NCBI GenBank assembly: GCA_951406725.2
Contig: OX597823.1
Location: forward strand, 115,134,001 to 115,198,000
Source of the DNA: Octopus vulgaris
Taxonomy: Eukaryota
Direction of reading: 5' to 3'
DNA: 64,000 nucleotides
The translations under genes were made by a program, and so were the position numbers. The notes below the pieces were generated by a model. The model did not search any database, was not told where the DNA came from, and saw only the letters and a program-made list of their open reading frames with translations. Shown in pieces: positions 12,855 through 26,882 of the stretch (positions within the stretch are counted from its first letter, which is position 1; every line of letters starts with the position of its first letter).

Positions 12855-13057
12855 TGATAACGTGTGTATCGTTGGCGATTTTTTTCCTCCGTCTTCCCTT
12901 CCTTGGACCTTTCCTTTTTCTATGTTTCTGACGAAGAGCTCCGCTCGAAACGTTAAATCCTCCTTTTTTTCTTTCCTTTCCTGGGCGTCCAATAACACTA
13001 TACTTGTTCCACGTCCTCGCGTTGTTGTGTTTTCTCTTTGTGTTGTCATGTTTGGAT

Positions 13058-13062
<5 letters not shown>
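12855..13062 (+). mobile_element. Penelope-like pLTR fragment with minimal hammerhead (12924-12958)
   Basis: GTTT-CTGACGA-A-GAGC tcc GCTC-GAAA-CG-TT|AAAT. A homologous copy lies at 6754-6966 (-). Abuts (TA)n. Confidence 0.7.
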
Positions 13063-13113
<51 letters not shown>

Positions 13114-13705
13114 TGTATGTATGTATGTATGTATTTCTATCTAACGATCTATCTTTTTATCTATCTATCAATCTATCAATTTATTTATATTACAGATAGA
13201 TAGGTAGATAGATAAATGGATATATAGATATACAGCCATATACATACACGCATATATATATATACGTACGTACATACATATATGCTTTCATACATGCATA
13301 CATAAGTACATGCATAAATGCATACATATATGCATGAATACAAGCGTTCATATATGCTACAGAGTTCATACAGGCTTCATTATATATACCATGAATATTT
13401 TATATAATATTGTAACTTGTTCATATATTTTTGTCACTTTTAACACTGTTTCATTATTGAACGGCAGAGTCAATTTGAAGTGTTATATTACTGTTGTCCA
13501 GTTGATAGTGGGCAATTTTCACAGGAAACCTGCTGAGATTTCGGCAAACAACAGAGTAGCAATGATATTGGTAAGACTAGGGAAGAAAAAAAGCAATTGA
13601 TTCGTTGTTAAACTAGATTAGGTGTCAACCAAATAATGAAAGCTGACACGTTCGTTGGTCACAAAGTAAATTTGAACCTGGTTCTATCTCGCTCTCTCTC
13701 TCTCA

Positions 13706-13800
<95 letters not shown>

Positions 13801-13862
13801 ACACACGTAGTTTCTTTAAAAGTTGACGTTGAAATGGGTTATGTTATAAGTTATACTTGTAC

Positions 13863-13913
<51 letters not shown>

Positions 13914-13940
13914 AGCGATATTTATATAAATAATTATATA

Positions 13941-13978
<38 letters not shown>

Positions 13979-14347
13979 CATGTATCATACATATACATAT
14001 ATATATGTGTGTGTGTGCCTATATGCGAATATATATATGCATATCTGACGGTGTCCCAGCTTCCCTACAGCTCTCGAACTGAAACAAGAGTAAAGATTAC
14101 GTTCACACACACACACAGATACACACACACATACACACACACATACACACACATACACATATGTATGTTTATATGCATGTATATATAAATATATATATAT
14201 AATATATATTTTCATAGACGTATATAATATAAATGCGTGGCTTCTGTATGTGACGTATGTATGTGTGTATAAAGACGTATGTGTACTCATATTTTGTATA
14301 TGCTGATATATCCATATATATATATATATATATACATACGTATATAC

Positions 14348-14418
<71 letters not shown>

Positions 14419-15243
14419 ACAGCCCTTCTTGTCTTGATATTTTCCTTGTCCTATCTTTTACTGCTTATATTTTGTACTGTCGTTACTGTCCTGGTTTTGT
14501 TACCATTTTTACCCCTCTGCAAAAAGATCTCAAATTTTATTTGATTTGCTTTTCGCAGGAAGGAAAGTTTCTATCGAAGATACGTCTCGCCTTCACCTTC
14601 GAAACGTAGAGTAGATGAAACCATGGCGAATGAAGAAGGGGTTTTTTCTTTGTGTTATTTGCCCAGTACTCTATTTTTTGTTGTTGTTTAAGAAAAATGT
14701 CCAGTTCCTTGGGTTTGTGTCTATGTTTTCGTTTCTCATTGTGTTCGACGTTTTTTTTTTTGGTGTCCTGTACTCATATATGCGTGTATATATACATGTA
14801 GAGGTAGGTACGTACATATATGTATATATATATGCATATGTTTTATTTATTAATATATTATATATATATATACCTCTGTGTGTGTATGTGTAAATATTTG
14901 GGGCTAAATGCTTGAAAATAGTATCAATATATTACAACGTCACTAATCTCACATGCATGTGCGTGCGCGCGTGTTTGTCTGTCTGTATGAATTATAAAAT
15001 AGAACATCACCTTTAATTGACAGATATATCTAATGTGGGCTAAGATTCGATTGTTAGTAGGTGTAATTCCTTAGTAACAGTAAATTCTTAAGGTTACGTT
15101 CAGACAAAGGCTATATCACGTTATGTTAGAGATTTTTGCTTCACAGACGAACCCTTGAAGTTTATGCTGTGCTGATGAGGTGGAAATTATACTGAAACAC
15201 ATCGTATGTTGTCTCCCCTCCTATAAAATATAATTAAGATAAG

Positions 15244-15497
15244 TATGTTAACACTAAATATATATAAATACGAAATATGTTAAAACTAACTTAACCATTC
15301 AATCTAATTACACTAATTTAACTATTAAATATGTTAACACTAATTATATGAATATGAAATATTGTAGCACTAGCTTAACTATTCAATCTGTTAACACTAA
15401 TTTGACTATTGTTTATGTTAATACTATATAAGCATGGAATATATTGAGACTAACTTAACTATTCAATCTGTTAGCACTAATTTGATAATTAAATATG
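15244..15497. repeat. About three copies of an ~84-bp AT-rich tandem repeat
   Basis: Recurring tatgttaacactaa...cttaactattcaatctgttaacactaattt. Confidence 0.75.
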
Positions 15498-15549
15498 GAC
15501 ACAAAATTCTCCAGGTGAATATCCATGATATTTCGTGATCGACGGATGC

Positions 15550-15614
<65 letters not shown>

Positions 15615-15647
15615 CATCTATCTACCAATCTATTTATCTTGTTAACC

Positions 15648-15717
<70 letters not shown>

Positions 15718-16473
15718 CAGATATCTGTTAACATTAGCAATATAACTACAGAATATGTTAACACTGGCTTAACTTTGTGAAGATGAAGCTGAGTGGTCAC
15801 TACGAAAACCACCACCACCACCGCCACCACCATCATACCATTATATAACTGCCTCCTTTATCATTCCTGTTACCACAACCACCAGCTCTTCCATCAGCAT
15901 TCATCATCCGTACCTTCGCTTTTCACTAACAACAGCGCCACCACCACCACCACAATCACACCATACCATCACTGTCACCGGCACTACGTACTACGCCTCC
16001 AACACCGCCGGTTACATGTCATCACCATTAACTCGAACACCACCGCCGCCGCAACCACCACCACCACCACCACCACCACTACCATACCACCGGGACACTA
16101 AAATTATACCACTTCCATCATAAGCCACTCTCAACGTCACTACGAATGCCACCACCTCTCTTACCCACGAGTTCACAACACCGACACCATCGCCACCACC
16201 ACAACAACTACACCTCACACCACCACCACCGCCAGCATCAAGCAATGTCTTGCAGCCGACTAAAGGCTTCCCTCCGACCGTGTGAAGAAACTGCGTGTGT
16301 TTAAGGAACGTCAACATTAACTGTTTAAAGTCGCTTCACCTAATTACATAATGGCGGTTGTTATGTAAGGAGGAATTAAAGGGTTTTTGTTGTTTGGCTT
16401 TCAATCTAAGCAGGAATACTGTCAAGTCCATCACATTAAATGGTTGGAGAAGTTACTTTAAGCACTGTACAAT

Positions 16474-16519
<46 letters not shown>

Positions 16520-17584
16520 GACGTGATATCCAGAAACTTGCAGGCAAAAGTAGCTCTGTTTTATCGAGAATCAATTCTGTGAAATGGAGGGAAGTGAAGA
16601 GAGGTTGTCAAGTCCACTGAAATGTTGCATTACAGTTCAACGGTTGTAGTTTCTCTTTCATGTTTACGTAAACAACAAATCTGAAATGGCTACGGAGAAA
16701 CATTTTCTTTTTCTTTTCTTTCTTTTGCTTCTTTTTCTTTTTTTTTTTTTTTTTCGTTTCTAAATAGGAATACTTTTTTACCCGTAGGCATTGAACTCGT
16801 ATCTACTGGATCACAGTGTAAACATCTCTTTGGATATCGATAGAAATATGTTAATATTCGTTATTTGGTCATAGTGTTTATGGCTTTGGTATTTCGGTAA
16901 TGTTTACACCGATGAATATAGAAACAAGGTCCATTAAGGTACAGCTTACTTAAAACACACCTACACCAAAATCAATAGCCTAATAGTAACTAAATTGACG
17001 ACACAAGATCGATACACGTCCATGAAATCCAGAGTAAGTTTTTATGAGATCCTATCTCGACCAGCTTAAACAACCACGATCGCACAGACATCATCCAGAT
17101 GTCTTGGCAGATTATGCAAAGTCAAATACACGACTCTCTTCTTTTACTTCTTTCTTTTGTTGTACTGCAACCATAATGGGGGCACTGCCTGCAAGAGCTT
17201 TGCCGAACAAATCGACCCAGTACTTATTCTTTAAGTCTTGTATTAATTCTGTCGGTGGCTTTTGTCTAACTGCTAAGTTAGTGGGAGGTACATATATTTT
17301 CAGTTTATATGACTATGTTCAAAATGCATTCTTTCACAAAGGCATAGGCTGTAGGCCCTGTGGGTCGTAGTGCAATGTCAATGAATAGGCGACTTGACTT
17401 AGCGAATTAAGAAGTACTCCGTCAGGTTTTAATATACCAGGCTATTACATAACCCAGTTTCCTTTCTCTTTCTCTCTGACACTCGCACACTCTCAATACA
17501 CACACACACACACATATATGTATGTATGTATAAGTATATATATATATATATGTATACATTTATATATATGTATATGTGTGTATA

Positions 17585-17659
<75 letters not shown>

Positions 17660-17791
17660 AATAAATGGTGGGGTTGTGTTGACCGCACGTGGAGAAATGA
17701 TAAGCAAGGAAAAATTGTAAAAATGCAGAATGCTAGATTGAAAGAAAATTTTAATGAAATGAGAAATTGATAAAATATATAAATATATATT

Positions 17792-17833
17792 TATTCAAAC
17801 CGGTTTTCGTCATACTGTGACTTATCAAGAATA
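17792..17833 (-). ncRNA. Minimal type I hammerhead ribozyme, U3-A8 core variant (Penelope-type)
   Basis: Minus strand reads TATTC-TTGATAA-GTCA cagta TGAC-GAA-AACCGGTT-T|GAATA. Stems I and II are perfect and stem III is palindromic. Confidence 0.75.
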
Positions 17834-18264
17834 GTTAGGTAAAAAAGTTTTTTAAAAATGAGAAAGGGGAAAAAAGTAAGTTGCATTGTTTTTTGCAAAT
17901 GAATAATAATAAATGTGTACAAAAATAAGTACTCCGATACATTGTGAGTTCGTTGTGTATCTTGAGTTTAATGATTGTTCACGAAAAAATTACCTTGAGG
18001 TATTAGGATCCAATGGGATTAAGACCATGTGTTGTTTGGTTTAATTAAGGATGTTGGCAAAACAGATACTTTTACTCTTTTACTTGTTTCAGTCATTTGA
18101 CTGTGGCCATTCTGGATCACCGCCTTTAGTTGAGCAAATCGACCCCGGGAATTAATCTTTGTAAGCCTAGTACTTATTGTATCGGTGTCTTTTGCCGAAC
18201 CGCTAAGTTACGGGGACGGTTGTCAAGCGATTTTGGGGGGATAAACACAGACACACAAACCTAT

Positions 18265-18323
<59 letters not shown>

Positions 18324-18490
18324 TACGGCGGGCTTCTTTCAGTTTCCGTCTACCAAATCCACTCACAAAGCTTTGGTCGGCCCAGGGCTATAGTAGAAGA
18401 CACTTGCCCAAGGTGCCACGCAGTGGGACTGAACCCGGTACCATGTGGTTGGTAAGCAAGCAACTTACCACACACACACACACATATATT

Positions 18491-18524
<34 letters not shown>

Positions 18525-18829
18525 ATATATATATATATATACATATACATACATATATATATATACATACATATATATATATACACACGCACACGCGCAC
18601 ACAGAGGCACGCGCGCACGCTATATACACGCATACATATACACATAACGATATATAAGTATGTGTGTGTGTAGTGTAGTGTATGTGTGTACGCGTGCGCC
18701 AGCGTGTGCATGTTTATATATATAATAACTATTGTTCATCGTCTCTTCTATGAGTGACAACTCGTGCTTTATCGGTTGACTGAATATATTGTAGAACCGA
18801 ACAAAGAGGTTTATTGAATTTTCTTGATG

Positions 18830-19790
18830 GTCACGGTAGAATGGTTAGCGCAGAGAAGAAAACGTTTGGCGCTGTCTAGGTGCAGCCCTTTATATTCTGA
18901 ATTCAATCCTGCAATGTTCAACTTCTTCTTTCATCATTTAGAGGTCGATATAAAGTACCAATTAAGTACTAGACCCGATTTAATCGTCTACACTTAACTC
19001 ACAAGATATGCCATTCTGTGTGCAAGCTGGCAATATCGCTAAAACTTCGAGAAAATATGCTCGGTAGTACTTCTTCCAACTCTATACACTCTTAGTTCAA
19101 ATGTCACCATAGTCGACTTTGCTTTTCATGTCCCTGGGGTCGACATAACAAAGTATCAATCAATTATTAGATTGATTGAAGCTACTTACGCCCACCACTC
19201 AAAACTTCTAGCGTTGTGGATCTATGCAAGAAATCGTTATAATATTAGCGCGCAAGCTGATAGAATTTTAAGCACGTCGTACAAATGGCGTTTCTTCCGG
19301 TTTTACGTTCTGATTTCAAATTCTACCGAAGTTTCCTTTACCTTTCATCCTTTCGGGGACGATAAAATGATTACCAGTTGAGCATTGAAGTAATCGTCTT
19401 GCACAATCCGAACCCCAAAATTTGTTGGCCTTTTGCCAAAATTTGTAACCATTATTAGTGCGACGAGCCGACAGATTAGTAACACGTCGGACAAAATACT
19501 TTGCGGCATTTCTTCCGGCTTTACGTTCTGAATTCAAATTCCACCGAGGTCTCCTTTGCTTTTTATTCTTTCGGGATCGATGAAATACCAGTTAAACAAT
19601 GGGGTCGATTTAATCGATTTCCCCCTCCCATCAAATTTACTGCTCTTGTACCAACTAAAATTTAGTGAGACTTATCATACTTAGGAGATTCGGTAATAAT
19701 GCGTTAAATGGTAGATGTATTTTAAGTTCAATTCACACCAACGTTAATTTGTCTGCCCAGGGTCAATAAAAGCACCGAGTACTAGTCATC
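18830..19790 (+). mobile_element. Head-to-tail array of diverged SINE family 2 copies
   Basis: Four to five repeats of ttcaaat...ctttcatc...gtcgat..aagtacca. Confidence 0.75.
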
Positions 19791-19815
19791 TATTTGTTTT
19801 CATTTAGTAAATATA

Positions 19816-20222
19816 GGCGCAGGAGTGGCTGTGTGGTAAGTAGCTTGTTTACCAACCACATGGTTCCGGGTTCAGTCCCACTGCGTGGCACCTTGGGCAA
19901 GTGTCTTCTACTATAGCCTCGGGCCGACCAAAGCCTTGTGAGTGGATTTGGTAGACGGAAACTGAAAGAAGCCCGTCGTATATATGTATATATATGTGTG
20001 TGTGTGCGTGTATGTTTGTGTGTCTGTGTTTGTCCCCCTACCATTGCTTGACAACCGATGCTGGTGTGTGTATGTCCCCGTCACTTAGCGGTTCGGCAAA
20101 AGAGACCGATAGAATAAGTACTGGGCTTACAAATAATAAGTCCCGGGGTCGAGTTGGTCGATTAAAGGCGGTGCTCCAGCATGGCCTCAGTCAAATGACT
20201 GAAACAAGTAAGTAAAGAGTAG
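19816..20222 (+). mobile_element. tRNA-derived SINE family 1 (full length, internal TA/TG microsatellite)
   Basis: A box TGGCTGTGTGGT, B box GGTTCAGTCCC, body ccttgggcaagtg, tail cagcatggcc.cagtcaaatgactgaaac. Further copies at ~18072-18470(-), 27283-27697(-), 29437-29840(-), 31425-31905(-), 33016-33170, 33726-34080, 34908-35298, 41279-41690, 55226-55550, 57963-58120, 58287-58452(-), 59874-60285. Confidence 0.93.
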
Positions 20223-20973
20223 TATTACTTATTCAAAATTAGTGAGCCTGTGTCTTTGTTAGAAGACTTTATTATTAATTCAGCTGCATCGCCGAAGACT
20301 GTGTCTTTACATATATTTCGATCATATTCCTGTCATTAAACACCACGATTTCATTCTTCCCCATTACCCGTTTTTTTTTTCTTTTAACAACTTATAAGCT
20401 TTATAATATGTGACGTGTGTTAAAACAAGCTATTTTGCTTCCCATCGGGTCCGGAAATATGTACAAGAGGTGTCAAGCACCGCAATTAATTATATTACAA
20501 AGTGAGTAGCATTAAAATATATATGAAATACGATGTCTAAGTGAGTGACATTAAAATATATACGGGAAACATAATGAATATTTAATGTGATTAATCTGTA
20601 ATAGGAACACTCTAGCCTAGATATCAACCAGAGCCTGCTTATTATATCTTATTGTATAGCCAGAACCCAGCAATCGCACAACAGATCTTTATTAACGAAA
20701 TAGCTTTTGCCATTATGCACCCGTCGTGCTTCGATTTTTATTAGTTTCTTTGGTTTTATGCGAAGCTTGGTGTATCTAGGATTGCATTATCTCAGTTGCC
20801 TGTTTTCTAGGACGTTTAATGTTCGCTAAAAGAGATATTTGGCTTTTGTTTCCAGTGAGTCGGGTGACAAACGTCAAGCTATCTTCAATGGGTGTTGATT
20901 TGTTGGAATCAATTCGACCAGTTAAGCTACTAGTATTTTATCGAAAACATACACACATATGTATATATATATG

Positions 20974-21043
<70 letters not shown>

Positions 21044-21066
21044 AAAATGTATATATATATATATAT

Positions 21067-21379
21067 ATCACCGTGATCACCGTGACTGACCAGGCTATCA
21101 GATGTTGTTACACATCGCTGGTCACAATGCGCTTCGCATTGTCTTAGCCGTCAAATGATGCCACCCCGCTGGCTAAGCGAGCAGGCCAACAGAAGAAAGA
21201 GTGAGAGAAAGTTGCGGCGAAAGAGTACAGCAGGGATCGCCACCCACCCCCCTGCCGGAGCCTCGTGGAGCTTTAGGTGTTTTCGCTCAATAAACACTCA
21301 CAACGCCCGGTCTGGGAGTCGGGACCGCGATCCTCCGACCGCGTGTCCGCTGCCCTAACCACTGGGCCATTGCGCCTCC
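21067..21379 (-). mobile_element. tRNA-derived SINE family 3 (tRNA-Arg-like head), full length
   Basis: Head GGAGGCGCAATGGCCCAGTGGTTAGGGCAGCGGAC...; tail (CACGGTGAT)n. Copies at 10620-10806(+), 40563-40860(+), 56770-57033(-). Confidence 0.9.
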
Positions 21380-21383
21380 ACTG

Positions 21384-21441
<58 letters not shown>

Positions 21442-21510
21442 ATATAATACAATTGTTCGTTTGTTTTCCACCTGCCTTCGTCTTTTGTCTATTTTCATAA
21501 AGCTTCCCGT

Positions 21511-21595
<85 letters not shown>

Positions 21596-22116
21596 CTTCC
21601 TCCGTTAAACAGGAAATAAAAGCATTATATACTTGTGAACGAGTGTGTGCGTGTGTGCGTATAGCTAGAGATGAAGTGATACAGACACATATATACATAA
21701 TTCCATATGTGTGTGTGTGTGTGTGTGTGCGTGGCTGTGGGTGTGTGTATAATATTATATTACATTGTACTATGTAATATTACGTTACATTATATCATGT
21801 TTCGGTGAAAATTGTTCACTCGAGTGCACTATGAGATCACTGCTAAGATAATGGTGACAATCCTTTCTATAAAAGGCACAAGGACTGAAATGTGGGTGGG
21901 GAGGTGGCTAGTCGATTACGTCGACCCCAGTGCGTAACTGGTACTTATTTTATCGACCCCGAAAGGATGAAAGGCAAAGTCAACGACGGTGGAATTTGAA
22001 CTCAACAAATTAAATCAAGGCATACATATCGAGATACATACCTAAATTCTTCCAGCTATAAATGTTATGCACACTCATACACGCATACATGCATACATAA
22101 ATACATACATACATAC

Positions 22117-22209
<93 letters not shown>

Positions 22210-22398
22210 CATATACATATATATGTATATGTATGTATGGATGTATATATGTATATATATAGAGAGAGAGAGAAAGAGAGAGATTGCGATACAGACAGAT
22301 ATACGTATGTGCACACACGCGCGAACACATACACATGCACACGCACACTCACACACACATGCACACACACACACACACACACATGTATATATATATAT

Positions 22399-22429
<31 letters not shown>

Positions 22430-22617
22430 GATAGTTAGATACAGTTAGATGTGTGTGTGTGTTTATGTTTGGTGTGCGTTTGTGTGTATATGTATGCACA
22501 CGCGCGTGAATAAGTATGTGACAGTCTTGTCTCCTTGAACAGCAAGACCACTCAATCTCTGTGATTATCAAGAAAGTATTACCCCTCGTACTAAACATGA
22601 GTAGTACGCCACTGGTC

Positions 22618-22672
<55 letters not shown>

Positions 22673-23787
22673 ATACACACTCCATCACTTCTAAGGCAGT
22701 TCTATCATCAGTGGGGATCTCTCCTGTCAAACACGCATTTCTCAACATGCCAAAGTCTACAGAATAGGGACCAATGTTTCTCTTCAGCCCTTTACAAATC
22801 CCAGGCGAAATACACCCACAACGGCGTACAGCGCATGCGCATACATGTGCGCATGGTGTGCACGTGGGTTCACGTTATTTGTTACAAAAGAAAACTAACT
22901 CTGCAGTGCATTGTATATCTGAATCGATCTTCAGGTCTGCGGCCCGTCCATCACATCTTTTGTAAAGAAAAAACGGGTGAGACTGGTTAGTTGATTTATT
23001 GATTTAGAATGGCCGATTTAAAATGTCCTGGCCCTCTAAAACCTGTTACACAGCATTTCAACTCTACCGGTCGCTCCATAACTTCCTTTCACCAGGTTTC
23101 ACAATTTACCCAACTCCTTCGTGAACAGTAATTGATTTTCCTTTCTTCCTTTTCCTTTTTGTTATTTTTTTGCTTTCCTTTTGGGCCGTTCTCTTCCAGC
23201 CGAATAAACAATTGATTAAATTTTCCTCCAATTCGTTTGTTTCTAACTTTTAGCCACCCTCTCCACACACATACAGACGTACATTTACTCATACAATTCG
23301 AGTCTTGCGCGTAGGCGCTCCCTTATATTTCCTGGTTCATACACGCCGGCCAATATCTATATCCTGCTGCTTGCTTTTACTACCCACTTCCCACCCTTAT
23401 TTTATCATTTTATTATTTTATTTTATTCATTTTTTTTTGCGCAAGACCGACATTTTGCACATCGGCGACCACCACTTTCTACACTGTACTAGAAACCACG
23501 CAATCACAACTCACTTCCGCTGGCCATTATCCACGTGATACGCTGAAACAAAACACGATTAGTTTGTTTCCACCTTTTCATGGTTTTTCACTTCTCTACA
23601 TTGACAAAGAAACTTTACGTAACACGTTGGTCATTCTTTTGTGTTCCACAAAGCTTAACTCACAAAATTTAACTCTCTTTTCATATATCCTTATTCTATT
23701 GTATCACTTCTTACTGACGAATCCGGATAGCTAGATTTCCTAGATTCTGGATTTTATCTATCTATCTATCTACCTACCTATCTATCC

Positions 23788-23894
<107 letters not shown>

Positions 23895-23900
23895 CATCCC

Positions 23901-23950
<50 letters not shown>

Positions 23951-24161
23951 CATATATCTATCATCTATCTTTCTATCTATCTATTTAACTATTTATTTAT
24001 CTATCTCTCTATCTATCTCTCTATCTATTTATCTATCTATCAATCCATCAGTCTATCCGTTCGTCATCTGTGTGTGTCCCTCTACATTCCTTTCTTTCTC
24101 TCTCTCTCTCTCTTTCTTTCTCTATATATATACATATACATATATATACATACATATATAA

Positions 24162-24350
<189 letters not shown>

Positions 24351-24424
24351 TATATGTAAGCATAGGGTGTGGTTGTGTGATAGGAAATTTGGTTCCCAAC
24401 CACATGGCGTCTTGGGCAAGTATC

Positions 24425-24461
<37 letters not shown>

Positions 24462-25208
24462 CTATAGAACACAGCTCTATATAAATATAGAGCTGTAGAA
24501 CACAGCAATAAATATTCCCGATGGTACACCTAATAACCAGTCGAAACTAATCGAGAGTGTCGTTTAGGTTGTTTTATAGTTACATGCTTTAGTGTGACGT
24601 ATATGGGGAGGAGGTGTCTGGGGAAGTTGTTTAGCTTTGCTTTATATAAATAGAGATTATATCTAAGTTGATGCGTGTAGGTTCGATGCAACGAAAATGG
24701 AGGTGCGGTCTTTCTTTGACTCGCTTATTGGCTTCAGTTATTGGTCAAATGACCATGCAATAACCGTGAAAGGATAAAAATCGATTGTATTGATCTTTAC
24801 AATTATGGTGTGTCATTATTGTGTAACTATCAACTTCAGCAAATACGATGATAATTATAAAACCAATACTATACTTACTAATTTTAGTTGATTAACGGCG
24901 AGACAATGGCGATGGGTGGGTAAAGTATTGACAATAGGAAACAAAACACCGTGAATCATGGTAGATTGTGTCCATTTGTAACTGTCTGCGGTGTTTGGCT
25001 TACTCTATATGCGTACATACGGTGTTCTGTTCTGTTATTGTAGGGATAAAAAAAATGAATTCCATCCACCGAGAGCTAAATATTTGATAAACACGGGATG
25101 TAAATGCGAGCCGCTAAAAGTGTTATAACTTCCACGCTCTGATAGTTCCGAGCATGAAAATTTTATTGTGGATCTGATTTAAATATTGTGTTTATTAACG
25201 GGTGGGAT

Positions 25209-25239
<31 letters not shown>

Positions 25240-25806
25240 CATATGCATAAATGTGTGTGTGTTAATAATTACGGGTGCTACAAATAGCACCAGCACGCTA
25301 AAAATAGCAGTCCGAAGGCAACTCCAACCACTAATTTTCACTGATACACATTAACTGAAATCGGGGGAATGATCAGAAATTATATATATATGTATATATA
25401 TGTATATATATGTATATATGTAACTTTATAACTTTAATAGTGTTCACTTCTGGATTCTCTCACTCTGTGAAAGTTTCTAGTTCGAATCACACGTGTCTCG
25501 AGATGTGCCGAAGATTTTCTATTTAGGATATATTTGGGGTACTTAGGTCTGCTCAGCAGGACTTAGTGCTTGCTTTTTCCATGGGTATGAGTAAGTATTT
25601 CACTTATATCTCACGTATTTATCGCTGAGGAGGAGAAAATTCTTATGAATTAACCCCGAAATTGGGACCAATACGATAAAAACGGATTTTTTAGAAATTT
25701 CTGTCGGTTTGTTTCGAGACGCATAAATTATAATGGTTATTGACAATTTTTGTCTTTTTTTTTCGGCATATTTGGCATTAGAATTTTTCTTTTGCCCTTA
25801 TATTGT

Positions 25807-25853
<47 letters not shown>

Positions 25854-26440
25854 CCTAACGCAAGATTCATAGAGTATAGAAAGGATAAATAATCCTGGCG
25901 GATACCGTATTGTCTCACAAATTGGCATAGATGCCGGCTACCCACCACACTCCAATTACATAGCATTCAAGCTTGAAAGAGAGAGACTGATCCTTGTAAG
26001 CTTCACTTGCTAGGCTGGTTCCGTGTTCTTATTCAGAACTGCAAGTATTCCGTAGAGTAAATAATTGATAGCCAAGAGGTGAGCAGAGATATGTTCACAT
26101 CCAAAACGTTTTCATTAAGAAACTTTTCTACAGCATATAAAACAATGACCAACATATGTTTCTGCTGCACCAACTGCACATTGTTCTGTATGCATTTATG
26201 CATCCTAGTTGCTACAATTTCATCAAGGGCCTATCACTGACGACGTTTTCAAAGTGAACTAATTCAAACAAGCGTCCTGCGTTGCTGTTCAGTTGAAGGT
26301 GAATGCGTTACTTTTTAAATCCAATGGAATTCCGGTCTTATAATCCCCTCCACTGGTATTGCAATTGCAGTGACAAGAGGCATAATGGCCTACAGAGCAA
26401 TGTGCAGTCGCTGCAATAGAAACATATTTTGGTCAGTGTT

Positions 26441-26882
26441 AGGATCTTTTCGGTTTGAACGGCAGTTTTTCTAGCGGTGTCATATGAAATTGTCACCTGT
26501 AATTATGACCCTAGAATCGATCTATTGCATTTCAATCTATTTTAGGGTTAGGGTTAGTTAGGGTTAGGGTTAGTGTTAGGGGTGGGGGGAAGGGTATCTT
26601 TTTTTCTTCAGAAATGTAAATAAACCCTATCTGTTTCTTAAACGAGGGACATATTCATACGGCACAGAATGTTTTTTTTACCTCAATAGACATCAGTGAT
26701 TGGTTGAAATTGCAGAAATTGAAGAAAAAAAGCAACAAATATCTTACAAACCCTAGAATGTTCTCAATAAAGCCAAGAGAAAAAGATGTTTTATAAACAC
26801 ATTCTACCAGTATACGAAATTTAAAATTTTTTAGTTACCTAGAAATTATGTTAAAAACTGCCGTTCAAACCGAAAAGATCCT
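26441..26882. mobile_element. MITE with perfect 30-bp TIRs and internal TTAGGG repeats
   Basis: AGGATCTTTTCGGTTTGAACGGCAGTTTTT at 26441-26470 and its exact reverse complement at 26853-26882. No clean TSD. Confidence 0.9.

Noticed and set aside
15793-16317. Thr/Pro-rich ORFs
   Set aside because: Degenerate (ACC)n repeat with stops and no exon boundaries.
19790-20044. Recurrent peptide [41 protein letters not shown] at many loci
   Set aside because: Antisense translation of SINE family 1, not a gene family.
23713-23752. CTGACGA followed by a hairpin; similar partial cores near 14575-14610, 24516-24557 and 35670-35722
   Set aside because: The GAAA half or the CUGANGA half is missing or mutated, so these are too degenerate to call as hammerheads.
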